In this document: positions 1-9,879 of the stretch, piece by piece
Position numbering within the stretch: the stretch's first letter is position 1
Layout: every line of letters begins with the position of its first letter
Assembly: GCF_003019035.1 (NCBI RefSeq)
Contig: NZ_CP027447.1
Strand: one strand, 5' to 3'
Origin: Escherichia coli
GTDB lineage: Bacteria; Pseudomonadota; Gammaproteobacteria; Enterobacterales; Enterobacteriaceae
DNA: 64,000 nt
The notes under the pieces: model-generated
Databases searched by the model: none
Told to the model about the DNA's origin: nothing
The model's input: the letters and a program-made list of their open reading frames with translations, nothing else
Translations under genes and position numbers: made by a program

Positions 1-1
1 G

Positions 2-634
2 GAGCTGCGCGTTGAAACCATATCCTGCTGGCTGGCCCGCACAATTATTCAGACAAAGCACTATTCCCGCCGTTTTGTGAATAACTCTTACCTCCACCTG
101 GGAGTGTTCAGCGGACGCGATCTGGTTGGCGTTCTCCAGTGGGGATATGCCCTTAACCCCAACTCAGGTCGTCGTGTCGTGCTTGAAACGGATAACCGGG
201 GCTATATGGAGTTGAATCGCATGTGGCTACACGACGACATGCCCCGCAACTCTGAATCACGGGCCATCAGCTACGCGCTGAAAGTTATCAGATTACTGTA
301 TCCGTCAGTGGAGTGGGTTCAGTCCTTTGCTGACGAACGCTGCGGACGCGCAGGCGTTGTGTATCAGGCGTCGAATTTTGATTTTATTGGCAGCCATGAA
401 AGCACGTTCTACGAGCTGGATGGTGAGTGGTATCACGAGATAACGATGAACGCAATTAAGCGCGGTGGACAACGAGGCGTGTATTTACGGGCTAATAAAG
501 AGCGTGCCGTGGTGCACAAATTTAATCAGTATCGCTACATCAGGTTCCTGAACAAGCGAGCAAGGAAGCGACTAAATACTAATCTATTCAGGATCCAACC
601 ATATCCAAAATCAACTCTGACTAGTATCAAATAA
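2..634 (+). CDS. Prophage protein, 5' partial (frame is open from the window start); tentatively Mom-like (GNAT-fold DNA-modification family)
   Basis: Frame open from nt 2 with no upstream stop, so the N-terminus lies outside the window; last large rightward ORF before the Mu-type end, which is where mom sits in Mu. Family assignment is from memory only. Confidence 0.35.
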   Translation, partial: ELRVETISCWLARTIIQTKHYSRRFVNNSYLHLGVFSGRDLVGVLQWGYALNPNSGRRVVLETDNRGYMELNRMWLHDDMPRNSESRAISYALKVIRLLYPSVEWVQSFADERCGRAGVVYQASNFDFIGSHESTFYELDGEWYHEITMNAIKRGGQRGVYLRANKERAVVHKFNQYRYIRFLNKRARKRLNTNLFRIQPYPKSTLTSIK

Positions 635-769
635 CTTATTTATTCCTGCTGAAAAGCAGCTCCTCATGGCATAAAATTGTTCACGTGAGTTTAAAATGAC
701 CAAATGGCAGTACAGTATTTGGTCATTTTATGGGGTGAATTTTAAAGTCAAAACGATGGTAAGGTGCAT

Positions 770-1105
770 ATGAAAAAAATACTCATAGCAGTACTACTTT
801 GCTTTGGTGTTCTTTCTGCTAATCAGGCAATAGCGGCTGTTACCTTAAGCGGTAAGTATCCTGCATGCATATCTGCTAATGAATTCGAGCGATTAAGCTC
901 AATTTTGCAACACGAAGATCAAGAGGCGTTTGAAGAGATCTTTAAGACATCATGCTTTATGCCTAAAAAGGGGGTTAAAGTTGATAAAGTTGTTTCTATG
1001 GGGTGGACCAGTGGAGTTGCGCATGTCAAAGTTTATGTAAAAGGCAATCTTTACGATCTTTGGACTAACACCGAAAATCTTCAGTCCGAGAAGGCTGGTA
1101 AATAA
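770..1105 (+). CDS. Small secreted hypothetical protein (about 111 aa) with N-terminal signal peptide; candidate prophage cargo gene
   Basis: ATG at 770 preceded by TAAGG about 7 nt upstream; N-terminus MKKILIAVLLCFGVLSANQAIA is signal-peptide-like; sits between the last phage ORF and the Mu-type end. Confidence 0.5.
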   Translation: MKKILIAVLLCFGVLSANQAIAAVTLSGKYPACISANEFERLSSILQHEDQEAFEEIFKTSCFMPKKGVKVDKVVSMGWTSGVAHVKVYVKGNLYDLWTNTENLQSEKAGK

Positions 1106-1330
1106 CGCTGTAATCAACGTGTAATCACATCTCCTACCAGCTATCGCCTGATAAAGTTAGGTGATAGCTATTTCAATACTCTCTAGTTTCACTGAAAGCA
1201 CGAAACTTAATACCTCCATTCCAGATTGCTTAATAATCGAGCATTTTTATCTTGAATGTTTTTGCGCGCTTTATCAGCCATACCCTAAGTGATCCCCATG
1301 TAATGAATAAAAAGCAGTAATTAATACTGC

Positions 1331-1407
1331 TGTTTCATTTGAAGCGCGAAAGCTAAAGTTTTCGCATTTATCGTGAAACGCTTTCGCGTTTTTCGTGCGC
1401 CGCTTCA
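1331..1407 (+). repeat. Mu attR-like end: three MuA-binding-site-like repeats (R3 1331-1352 inverted, R2 1358-1380, R1 1381-1407)
   Basis: TGTTTCATTTGAAGCGCGAAAG (1331-1352); reverse complements read TTTCACGATAAATGCGAAAAC and TGAAGCGGCGCACGAAAAACGCGAAAG; all share a ...CGAAA... core. Confidence 0.7.
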
Positions 1408-1706
1408 TTCAGGGTGAACGTCCACTCTTTTTGATCGTCAGACGCTTTCCAGCTACTTGCCAGATCGCCTTCAACGTCGGTTGAGCCTTTATCACCGTCC
1501 GTTTTGTACTGAACCAGTCGCTGATAAGACGGGTAGGTCACTGTCCAGTCGTTATTATCAATTGTCACCGCTGGGTCGAGGGTTTGTGGGTCGGCAGCTT
1601 TACCGATCACCAGCATATCTTTCGGTACGGCGGCGTGCGCAACCGGCATTGTTGTGGCAAGGACGATCGCGAGCAATGTAGGACGAAACAAAATCGATCT
1701 CTTCAT
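1368..1706 (-). pseudogene. ddpA: ddpA 5' fragment (D,D-dipeptide periplasmic binding protein), truncated by the prophage insertion
   Basis: Begins MKRSILFRPTLLAIVLATTMPVAHAAVPKDMLVIGKAADPQTLDP... (DdpA N-terminus); frame runs into the Mu end and stops after 12 foreign codons; full DdpA is about 516 aa. Confidence 0.8.
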
Positions 1707-1719
1707 GACAGTTTCCTGA

Positions 1720-2301
1720 TTAACTGGCGTGCTGTGTGCCAGGGGATATAAAACAGGTGAATTGATCAGCGAGTAGTGGGTAACTCGCTGCCTGGGGTAA
1801 TTCGAAGTGCCACCATTCGCTCGGGATACCGACAAAGCCACCGCCAGTCATAATCGCATTCAGCAACAGCCGATTGCGCTGAGCGGCTGGCGGGACGGAA
1901 GGGTGATAAGCATGGGAACGTTCGTGCATTTCATCGAACTCTGCACCCATATCCAGTATGTTCCCGTGCTCATCACGAAGCGTCAGGTCGATCGCTGTGC
2001 CACGGCTGTGATTAGAACCGACCGCCACATCAACAACATATTGCGGGTCTGGGCAGGCTTGCCACAACATCGCCTGTGCTTGTTGTGGGCGATACGCATC
2101 GTAAATCACCAGTTGTAAGCCTGACAGCTGGGCGATACTGATACTTTTCGCCAGCGCAGTAATCGCATCCTTGTGTAACAGACAACGCGCTTGCTGATAA
2201 ATAGCTTTGCCTGTGATGTTATCAGCACAGGCGTATTTCAATTCGATCTCCAGATCAGGGAAGATCACGGCTAAATCAACCAGTTCGGTGGTATCCGACA
2301 T
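1720..2301 (-). CDS. ddpX: D-Ala-D-Ala dipeptidase
   Basis: 193-aa ORF matching E. coli DdpX; 13 nt upstream of the ddpA start. Confidence 0.92.
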   Translation of the reverse strand: MSDTTELVDLAVIFPDLEIELKYACADNITGKAIYQQARCLLHKDAITALAKSISIAQLSGLQLVIYDAYRPQQAQAMLWQACPDPQYVVDVAVGSNHSRGTAIDLTLRDEHGNILDMGAEFDEMHERSHAYHPSVPPAAQRNRLLLNAIMTGGGFVGIPSEWWHFELPQAASYPLLADQFTCFISPGTQHAS

Positions 2302-2558
2302 AAACGGTTCCTGTATAAGACAAAAATTGCTGCGCTTTCCGCTTATGCAGATCTCATGCCACGCCGGGATAAGCGCCAGAATGCTGGCTTAAAGTTATAT
2401 TTTTTAACTTTTGATCAACATTTGTGCATCGTAATGCAGTTTTGGTGCAAGAGGGGAAGTTAAGGAAGGAATCTCCCGGAATCGTAGCTGAAATCACAGT
2501 ATTTAAGTGACAGTGTCACGTTAAAGGAAAACCCGCGAGTGCGGGCGAGAGGAATTTG

Positions 2559-4958
2559 TCAGATTTTCAGCGGTAACACGCTGCTCATCCAGCCTGGAAT
2601 TTCTTCGGCGGGCAGGGGGCGGGAAAAGAAATATCCCTGAATAACGCGACAGTGGATCTTGCGTAGCATCTCAAATTGCTCTTTGGTTTCGACGCCTTCC
2701 GCCACGACGGTTAAATTAAGGCTTTGCCCAATGCTGGTAATGGCTTCAAGTAAGGCAAGGATGCGTTTTTCGGTCAGACAACGATCGACAAAACTTTTGT
2801 CAATTTTGATTTCCGTTACTGGAAGACTGACTAAGCGGGATAATCCGGAAAAGCCCGTGCCAAAATCATCTACCGATAAACCCACGCCCATATCGCGCAG
2901 GATCTGAATGCGTTTAAAGATTTCGGTATCGTGTTCCATCATCATGCTTTCCGTGATTTCCACCGTCAGCTGGTGGCCGTTAATACCCCAGGCTTGCATT
3001 GCATCAGACACCTGATTAGGCAGCTGATTACTGCGAAAGTGCAGCGCCGACAAGTTCACGGATAACGCCGGGATATGAATATTCTGGCTACGCCATTCTG
3101 CTAACTGACGGCAAGCTTCCGCGATGACCCAGCGTCCAATATTTTCGATTTCACCGATCTCTTCTGCGAGAGGAATAAACCGTGAAGGGGGCACATGACC
3201 ATGCAGGGGATCGTGCCAGCGAGCAAGGGCTTCGATGCCGTACAGTTCACCCGTTTCTGCGAAGATTTGTGGCTGGTAAACCAGTTTCAGTTGGTTATTG
3301 CTAATTGCTTCTTTCAGCGCCGCGCCTAAAACCAAACGCTCTTTTACCATTTCGTTCATCGCCGGGCTGAAGAACTGCCAGCCGTTACCGCCATTTTTGC
3401 GAATAAAATCCATTGCATTGTGAGCAGTGGAGAGCAGGTAATCGCGGTTTTTACCCACGTCGTAGCTGATGCCAATGCTCAAGGTGAGCGGGAATGGTTT
3501 ATCGTCAATCATTATCGGCTTGCTGACCACATTCCGTAGCTCATCGGCGATCTGCGTAATGTTACTGACGTCGTTTTCCAGGCTCACGAGGACAAACTGC
3601 GTACCTTCGATACGACAGAGATATTGATCCGGTTTGAGTTTTTCACGAAAGCGATTGACCACTTCCAGCAATGCCTGATCGGCCCACGCATAGCCAAGGC
3701 TATCAATCACATCCTGAATATGGTCAACACCGATGAGATACACCACCGGAGAGACGGCTTTGTCGACCAGGTCATCGAGGTAATTGTGCAGGTTATTGCG
3801 ATTTGGCAGACCGGTCATCGGATCAAATTGGATGAGTTGTTCAATATGCTGACGGCTTTTTTCCTGTTCCAGCGCCAGCGCGGCCATATGCTGGCTAATA
3901 TCTGCCACGCGTTCGATAAAGGCGCTGGTTTCTGCTCCTGACGAGGTTTTAATTTGCAGGATCCCCGCCGGCGCACCATCACGCTGACGAATGGTCGCTG
4001 ACCAGCTTTGCGCATTTTGAACTTCTGCACCGTGCGAAGATGACGCCCAGTGTATCGGCATCCCGTTGCGCAGCGCGAACAGCGAAACATGCGATTCGTT
4101 GAGTACAGATTCGATGTTACGACAAATGATTTCCCCCATTTCATGAAATGGCGGGCTGCTGCACATGGCGGCGAGAATATTGCCTTCAAGCTGGCGGATT
4201 TGCCGTTCTTCGGTGATATCCGAGAAGGTCATTACCAGGTTCTGCAGATGCGCGAGCACGTCATAAACCGGGCTGATAGAGGCTTTAATCCAGATTTTTT
4301 CACCGGTGCGCGTCAACAGCAGAAATTCATCCTGATCGCGGGCGGTTTTCCATAGCAACTGTTGTAAACGAATGCGGTTATCGGCAGGGAATTCAGGAAT
4401 GTTCAGGAGTGTATCGGGCTGCATACCGCTGGCTTCGCTAATGCAGTAACCAAACATTTCGGTAAATGCGCGATTGCACTGCACAATATGGCGTTCCGGA
4501 TCGAGGACAATCACCGGTCGGTCGAGATGGTCAACAGCAATAATCAATTGTCGGGTCTGTTCTTTTTGCGCCATTTCTACGCTGGCATCCCGTACCAGCG
4601 CCAGGTAATAAACTTTCCCCTCGGCGCTCACTTTCGATAGCGCAAAACGGGTCCAGATTTTACTGCCGTCTTTTTTCTCCAGCTGCAGCTCCCGACTCAT
4701 CCCCTCGACGCGCGCTTTACCGCCTTCACGGTTATGACGAATGTATTCAGGATGCGCAGGACGCAAATCCCGCGGAATCAGCATATCAATGTTATTGCCA
4801 ATGACTTCTTCACGTTTGTACCCCCAGAGCTTCTCTGCGGCGGGGTTGAAAAACATCACTTCATCATTTTCGTTAATTAACACCGCGCCCATCATATTTT
4901 GCTCAAGGGCGGGGAAAAAAATGCCATCGGCGGCATTATCCGCATCGGTTAGCTTCAT
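2559..4958 (-). CDS. dosP: Oxygen-sensing c-di-GMP phosphodiesterase (heme PAS + GGDEF-like + EAL)
   Basis: Matches DosP from MKLTDADNAADGIFFPALEQ; the supplied ORF has an 8-codon upstream extension. Confidence 0.92.
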   Translation of the reverse strand: MKLTDADNAADGIFFPALEQNMMGAVLINENDEVMFFNPAAEKLWGYKREEVIGNNIDMLIPRDLRPAHPEYIRHNREGGKARVEGMSRELQLEKKDGSKIWTRFALSKVSAEGKVYYLALVRDASVEMAQKEQTRQLIIAVDHLDRPVIVLDPERHIVQCNRAFTEMFGYCISEASGMQPDTLLNIPEFPADNRIRLQQLLWKTARDQDEFLLLTRTGEKIWIKASISPVYDVLAHLQNLVMTFSDITEERQIRQLEGNILAAMCSSPPFHEMGEIICRNIESVLNESHVSLFALRNGMPIHWASSSHGAEVQNAQSWSATIRQRDGAPAGILQIKTSSGAETSAFIERVADISQHMAALALEQEKSRQHIEQLIQFDPMTGLPNRNNLHNYLDDLVDKAVSPVVYLIGVDHIQDVIDSLGYAWADQALLEVVNRFREKLKPDQYLCRIEGTQFVLVSLENDVSNITQIADELRNVVSKPIMIDDKPFPLTLSIGISYDVGKNRDYLLSTAHNAMDFIRKNGGNGWQFFSPAMNEMVKERLVLGAALKEAISNNQLKLVYQPQIFAETGELYGIEALARWHDPLHGHVPPSRFIPLAEEIGEIENIGRWVIAEACRQLAEWRSQNIHIPALSVNLSALHFRSNQLPNQVSDAMQAWGINGHQLTVEITESMMMEHDTEIFKRIQILRDMGVGLSVDDFGTGFSGLSRLVSLPVTEIKIDKSFVDRCLTEKRILALLEAITSIGQSLNLTVVAEGVETKEQFEMLRKIHCRVIQGYFFSRPLPAEEIPGWMSSVLPLKI

Positions 4959-4982
4959 AATTACCTCTGCATCCTGACGCAT

Positions 4983-6365
4983 CTAAAGACTGGCTTTCCA
5001 GAGTTCAACACGGTTTCTACCTCGTCTTTTGGCGATATACAGAGCTTCATCGGCTATTTGAATGAGGCGCTCATAGTCAGGATGACCATTAAACATGGCG
5101 GCACCGATGGAAAGTGAGAGGGCAATATCTTCGCCGTTTGCGGCTTTCAGTTTGGTTTTCTCCACCCGACTGCGAATACGTTCTGCGGTACGTAACGTTT
5201 CGTTTTCCGAAGCTTCAGTCAAAACAATGATAAATTCATCGCCCCCGTAGCGGAAAACATAATCACTACTGCGGACGTTGTCATAAAAGGCCTGAGAGAC
5301 TTTACGCAGAATTTCATCGCCAGTGTTATGGCCCCACGTATCGTTAATCTCTTTGAATTTATCAACGTCAATAATCAGCACTGACAGCGGTGTACCGGTC
5401 CGGTTGGCATGGGCAATTTCGCGTTTGAAGATCGTCGGCAGGAAACGGCGGTTAAGTAATTTCGTCAGTACATCCATACCGACTTCGTGGCGCGATACTT
5501 CTTCAAACAATTCACGCAACAAGGTAATAATTTGCGATACGGTATTTCTTATCTGTAATAAAAATTTCACCCGTAAACTTCTGTTATTCAAATTCCTGGT
5601 GTTACGCATGGTTTGATTGAAAATACCGTCGAAATCCTGAATCAGACGGGAGATATGGCCCACTTCGGCTATGCCGCTAAAATAATGTCGACCTTTATGG
5701 TTAAACCACAGGCCAAAATCAGCCTGGCTTAAAGGCAAACTACTGCCTAAATCAGAATCCAGCAGGACTTTATAGATAATATCTATTTCCCATGAAAGTA
5801 TTGAGGCTATTTGCCGTTCTTTTTCTTCTTCGGCGTTTTCCAGTAACGAGAAGATACGATAGTTTTCATCTTCCTTTGAGGCACTACTGTCACTAAAGGT
5901 AAACGCGCGGGTCATCACCTCCATAGCGATATCAATACTGTTAATAGAGAAATGGTAGACCTGAAGTTTTTCTGCGGCGGAATAATCCGAAGAGAAGATT
6001 ACCGGATAGAGGATTTTTTTCAGCACCCGAAACCCCATCTCGACAATTTCTACCGGAATTCCTATGCGGGCATGCACTTCCGCGACGGTATGCTGGATTT
6101 GTATTAGCCTTTCGACATCGTCAACCTGGGCAGAAAGCACGTTAATAATCCAGCGTTCCATCGCACTTTTCAACTGCCGCTCAACTTGTTCATTACTCAA
6201 GAATTCTTCGGCATGCGGGTCGATGCGGACAATTCGATAAAACTCAATACTCAGATAATGAGCATGCGCAACGGCAATTTCCGCGGCTTTAGCACGAATG
6301 AGCGGATCTGCTTGTTCGACAAGCCCGGTCCACTCATCTTTCATTCTTTTAAAATACATCTCCAT
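4983..6365 (-). CDS. dosC: Oxygen-sensing diguanylate cyclase (globin sensor + GGDEF)
   Basis: 460 aa, contains RYGGDEF; immediately upstream of dosP on the same strand. Confidence 0.93.
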   Translation of the reverse strand: MEMYFKRMKDEWTGLVEQADPLIRAKAAEIAVAHAHYLSIEFYRIVRIDPHAEEFLSNEQVERQLKSAMERWIINVLSAQVDDVERLIQIQHTVAEVHARIGIPVEIVEMGFRVLKKILYPVIFSSDYSAAEKLQVYHFSINSIDIAMEVMTRAFTFSDSSASKEDENYRIFSLLENAEEEKERQIASILSWEIDIIYKVLLDSDLGSSLPLSQADFGLWFNHKGRHYFSGIAEVGHISRLIQDFDGIFNQTMRNTRNLNNRSLRVKFLLQIRNTVSQIITLLRELFEEVSRHEVGMDVLTKLLNRRFLPTIFKREIAHANRTGTPLSVLIIDVDKFKEINDTWGHNTGDEILRKVSQAFYDNVRSSDYVFRYGGDEFIIVLTEASENETLRTAERIRSRVEKTKLKAANGEDIALSLSIGAAMFNGHPDYERLIQIADEALYIAKRRGRNRVELWKASL

Positions 6366-6689
6366 AATTCACACCCTTATAAGGCTGGGAAAGCAGACGG
6401 AATCAAAACGAAACGCAACGTGCGAGATCGACTAACTGCACCATACTCTCCTGAAATATGAAGATATACTGAAAACAAATAAGCGACTTAGGACAGTTTC
6501 AATCTACGCTACTGTTCTTCAGAAGAGTATAGCCCATCGTAATTATTTTTCGGTGACAGCGAATATCGTATGTTTTTTCATGTTCATACTTTTTTTAGGG
6601 GATTTATGACTGTTTAACTAAGTGTGGTTAATTGCGTAGTTAATTTGACTTAAGTAAGCATGATTACTAGTGGGATATTTCAAGAGGGT

Positions 6690-6719
6690 AACAAGCCGGG
6701 GGGAAAGCACCGGCTTGTT
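6690..6719 (-). terminator. Stem-loop downstream of yddW
   Basis: AACAAGCCGG ... CCGGCTTGTT 10-bp inverted repeat. Confidence 0.5.
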
Positions 6720-6738
6720 ACAAAGTAAGAATGGGAGT

Positions 6739-8058
6739 TTAACTGCCCCAACGACTTTGCAGATAGCTGACCGCTTGTTGAGTCTGTGGCTTATTCAGAT
6801 AGTCCTCACGGAACAAGATTGTGCCGCTAATTTCTGGCACGGCATCGTTAAGATCGAGCTGCTTTTTCAGTTCCGGTACGCCGCCGTTAATCATCCAGTC
6901 TGGCTCTATCTTTGAAGGTTCTCCTACTTTATAGAAGGCGATACCGATATACAGGCGGGTCCTGGTCGGTTTAACGACATCCGCCCACCATTTTGCCAAC
7001 ACGTCATAACGCGCGGCACTCCGTGAGAACGGCCAGTAAATTTGGGGAGCAATGTAATCCAGCAACCCTTGTTCCACCCATCGACGGGTATCAGCGTAGG
7101 ATTCGTCATAGGCTGCCGCGCCTCGGGTATCGGAACCGAGCGGATCGTGTGATCGGTTACGCCACACGCCTGCCGGGCTAACGCCAAATTCGACTTCCGG
7201 CTTAATGCTTTTAATGGTGTGCGATACCTTCGCAATTAACTGCTGAGTATTGTTGCGCCGCCAGTCTGCTTTTGACGCAAATGCGCCGCCGTATTTGCGG
7301 TACGTTTCATTATCATTTAGCCGTGAAGCTGGCGACTCAGTATAGAAATAGTCGTCAAACTGCACGCCATCTACCGGATAGCGGGAAACCACTTCCACAA
7401 CTATTGATGTGATCCAGTCCTGAACCTCAGGTATGCCCGGGTCGAGGACAAAGCGATCGCCGGACGTTCTGATCCAGTCGCGGTGTTGCACATAGACGCT
7501 CGCCGGTTGTTGAGACAGGGTGCTATTCAGTTCCCTGATAGTACCGGGCTTCGTATTAACCGATACGCGATAGGGGTTAAACCATGCGTGTACTTTCATC
7601 CCACGCTTGTGGGCTTCGTCGAGCATAAATTGCAGCGGATCGTAACCCGGATTTTCACCAATCTTACCGGTCATAAGATCGGACCACGGCAAAATTTTCG
7701 ATGGCCACAGGGCGGTACCATCCGGCTTGACCTGGAAAAAGACCGTGTTTATGCCGAGACGTTGCAGATGATCCAGTTTGTCGATCATCGCCTGTTGTTG
7801 TACACGTGCCCGGCTGGCGGGGTTACTAATGTTAACCGAGGATACCGGTGGCCAGTCGAGGCGAGACACCGTGGCCAGCCAGATGCCACGCATCGGTTGT
7901 GACGATTGTTGCGTCGTGGCTGGTGGCTTTGAACCCGCTGGTGGTGTCACCATGGACTCTGGAGGCGTGCTTTTACAACTACACAGTAAAAGTGCCAGTG
8001 CAACCAGTATCGCTGGTCTTCTAATCGCTAATTTCTCGTTTCGGGAGCAGATATCCAT
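6739..8058 (-). CDS. yddW: Lipoprotein YddW (glycoside-hydrolase-like family)
   Basis: 439-aa ORF; N-terminal signal with LLLCSC lipobox-like motif. Confidence 0.88.
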   Translation of the reverse strand: MDICSRNEKLAIRRPAILVALALLLCSCKSTPPESMVTPPAGSKPPATTQQSSQPMRGIWLATVSRLDWPPVSSVNISNPASRARVQQQAMIDKLDHLQRLGINTVFFQVKPDGTALWPSKILPWSDLMTGKIGENPGYDPLQFMLDEAHKRGMKVHAWFNPYRVSVNTKPGTIRELNSTLSQQPASVYVQHRDWIRTSGDRFVLDPGIPEVQDWITSIVVEVVSRYPVDGVQFDDYFYTESPASRLNDNETYRKYGGAFASKADWRRNNTQQLIAKVSHTIKSIKPEVEFGVSPAGVWRNRSHDPLGSDTRGAAAYDESYADTRRWVEQGLLDYIAPQIYWPFSRSAARYDVLAKWWADVVKPTRTRLYIGIAFYKVGEPSKIEPDWMINGGVPELKKQLDLNDAVPEISGTILFREDYLNKPQTQQAVSYLQSRWGS

Positions 8059-8135
8059 ATGTGCTGGTTTCCGGTAAACAGATGTGCGCTCATTCTCGTA
8101 CTTATCCCGGTTAAGTCAATACGACAGCAAGCACG

Positions 8136-8163
8136 AAAAAGGGAGCGATGAATTATCGCTCCC
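8136..8163 (-). terminator. Rho-independent terminator after gadC
   Basis: GGGAGCGAT-GAATT-ATCGCTCCC hairpin followed by a T-run on the minus strand. Confidence 0.7.
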
Positions 8164-8188
8164 TTATCTTATAACCATTCAGACATGG

Positions 8189-9724
8189 TTAGTGTTTCTT
8201 GTCATTCATCACAATATAGTGTGGTGAACGTGCACGCGGGTGCAGGAAGAAGTGACCTTTTGGTGCGTTCTGACTGTTGATTGGCTCCAGAGTAACGCCG
8301 GTATTCCCTTTGCCTTTACGATCATGAACAGCATAGAGAATAAAGGGCAGGGCAAGTACCACCAGGAAACTCACGACCAGTAATTCAACATACATATCAG
8401 TAGAGTCACCCTGGATGTTATCCGGCGGCAGGAAGGAAACAATAAACGCCATAATTGAAGTCAGCAGACCGACAATAGCCACGACCAGTTTCACCCCTTT
8501 ACCACCAGGGATATTAAATGTGCGTTTTAAGTCAGGATGTTTGAGAACCAACACAATGTAGCCAATAAACAGCATGAAATAAGCACACAGATAAATCACC
8601 ACCGTCAGCGCCAGTGCGATCAGGAAGGACATGTTGTTACCGCCACCGGTATTGGTGAGGATGATCAACGCGATAGAAGTAATCACCAGCTGCGAAATGA
8701 CCAGCGTTACCGGTACGCCATTTTTGTTCATTTTAGCGAATGCTGCTGGCAGCAGGTTTTTCTGCGCTGTGACATACATCCCGCGAGAAGGACCAACAAT
8801 CCAGGAAGCGATTTCCGCCAGAACACCCAGCAACAGCAGTGCGGAGATCACGCGAACCGTCCACTCAATTTCCGGTGCCACATGTGACATCAGAACGGTA
8901 AAGGTTTGCATTACCCCTGCGGAGAGGTTGATTTCATTACCCGGAATGACCATCGCAATAGACAAACCGCCAACAGAGCTTAAGCAGATTGCCGCCACCA
9001 TCAGTAGTAACATAGCCAGTGGATAGTCGCGCCCGGGGTTGCTCATTTCATTGACGTGGGTTGCGGAAGCTTCAACGCCCATATAACTCAAAATGAAGGC
9101 AACAAATACAACCAGAGTGCCCACTTTAGAGAAGTCAGGGAAGAAGGTCTTCGCATCCATTTCGATAGCAACGGGGGCACCGGAGTGCAGATAAATAGCC
9201 GCTAATGCGATCAAAATAAATGCAGGTAACAGGATACCGGCGAAGAAGCCAACTTTAGCAATTCGCGCCGTGTATTTCGTGCCACCAAACTGCGTTAATG
9301 CCAGCGCCCAAAGAATGATGAGTGCTGCAATAGTTTTGGTAATGGGGTCTTCATTCAGAGCTGGCCATTTCAGGATGTAGGAGAGTGCCCCTAACACGAA
9401 ATAGAGCATCGGAATAAAACCAATGGCGATTTGCAGATAGCCAAATGAGATCGCTGCAAATCCCCATCTCGGCCCCAGAGTATTTGATACCCAGGCGAAG
9501 ACGCCACCTTCTTCCCAGCCGTCGACGGTAGCCATTTCCGCAGCACAAAGTCCCACGGGAATAAACCATAAAATCCCGCCTAATAGCAGGAAGAAGACTA
9601 ATGAAAAGCCCGATGTTGCGAAGGTAGGGTATTCATAAACAGCCATTACCATCGATGCCGTTATGGCAAAGAATCCGAGTAATGTGAGCTGCTTAGCTTT
9701 ACCTGTCTGTACTGATGTAGCCAT
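8189..9724 (-). CDS. gadC: Glutamate:GABA antiporter
   Basis: 511-aa polytopic membrane protein matching GadC; directly downstream of gadB. Confidence 0.93.
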   Translation of the reverse strand: MATSVQTGKAKQLTLLGFFAITASMVMAVYEYPTFATSGFSLVFFLLLGGILWFIPVGLCAAEMATVDGWEEGGVFAWVSNTLGPRWGFAAISFGYLQIAIGFIPMLYFVLGALSYILKWPALNEDPITKTIAALIILWALALTQFGGTKYTARIAKVGFFAGILLPAFILIALAAIYLHSGAPVAIEMDAKTFFPDFSKVGTLVVFVAFILSYMGVEASATHVNEMSNPGRDYPLAMLLLMVAAICLSSVGGLSIAMVIPGNEINLSAGVMQTFTVLMSHVAPEIEWTVRVISALLLLGVLAEIASWIVGPSRGMYVTAQKNLLPAAFAKMNKNGVPVTLVISQLVITSIALIILTNTGGGNNMSFLIALALTVVIYLCAYFMLFIGYIVLVLKHPDLKRTFNIPGGKGVKLVVAIVGLLTSIMAFIVSFLPPDNIQGDSTDMYVELLVVSFLVVLALPFILYAVHDRKGKGNTGVTLEPINSQNAPKGHFFLHPRARSPHYIVMNDKKH

Positions 9725-9833
9725 ATTATCCCCCTAAAACGGTATTCCTGTCGGAACCGCACCTGTTTTGTTCTGAAGCGTATTCAGAACAATATTTTCC
9801 GTTGCTAATGCCAGTGAACAGACTTTGGAAATT

Positions 9834-9859
9834 GTCCCGAAACGGCTTCGTTTCGGGAC
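9834..9859 (-). terminator. Stem-loop in the gadB-gadC intergenic region
   Basis: GTCCCGAAACG-GCTT-CGTTTCGGGAC, 11-bp perfect stem. Confidence 0.6.
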
Positions 9860-9879
9860 ACCGTTACCGTTAAACGTTA

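Larger units (their letters stand above)
1..1407 (+). mobile_element. Right arm of a Mu-family transposable prophage, continuing beyond the window start; terminus at 1407 abuts ddpA sequence
   Basis: Terminal sequence ...GTTTTTCGTGCGCCGCTTCA ends at 1407 and matches my recollection of the phage Mu right end; three MuA-site-like repeats at 1331-1407; ddpA reading frame broken exactly at this junction. Confidence 0.7.
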
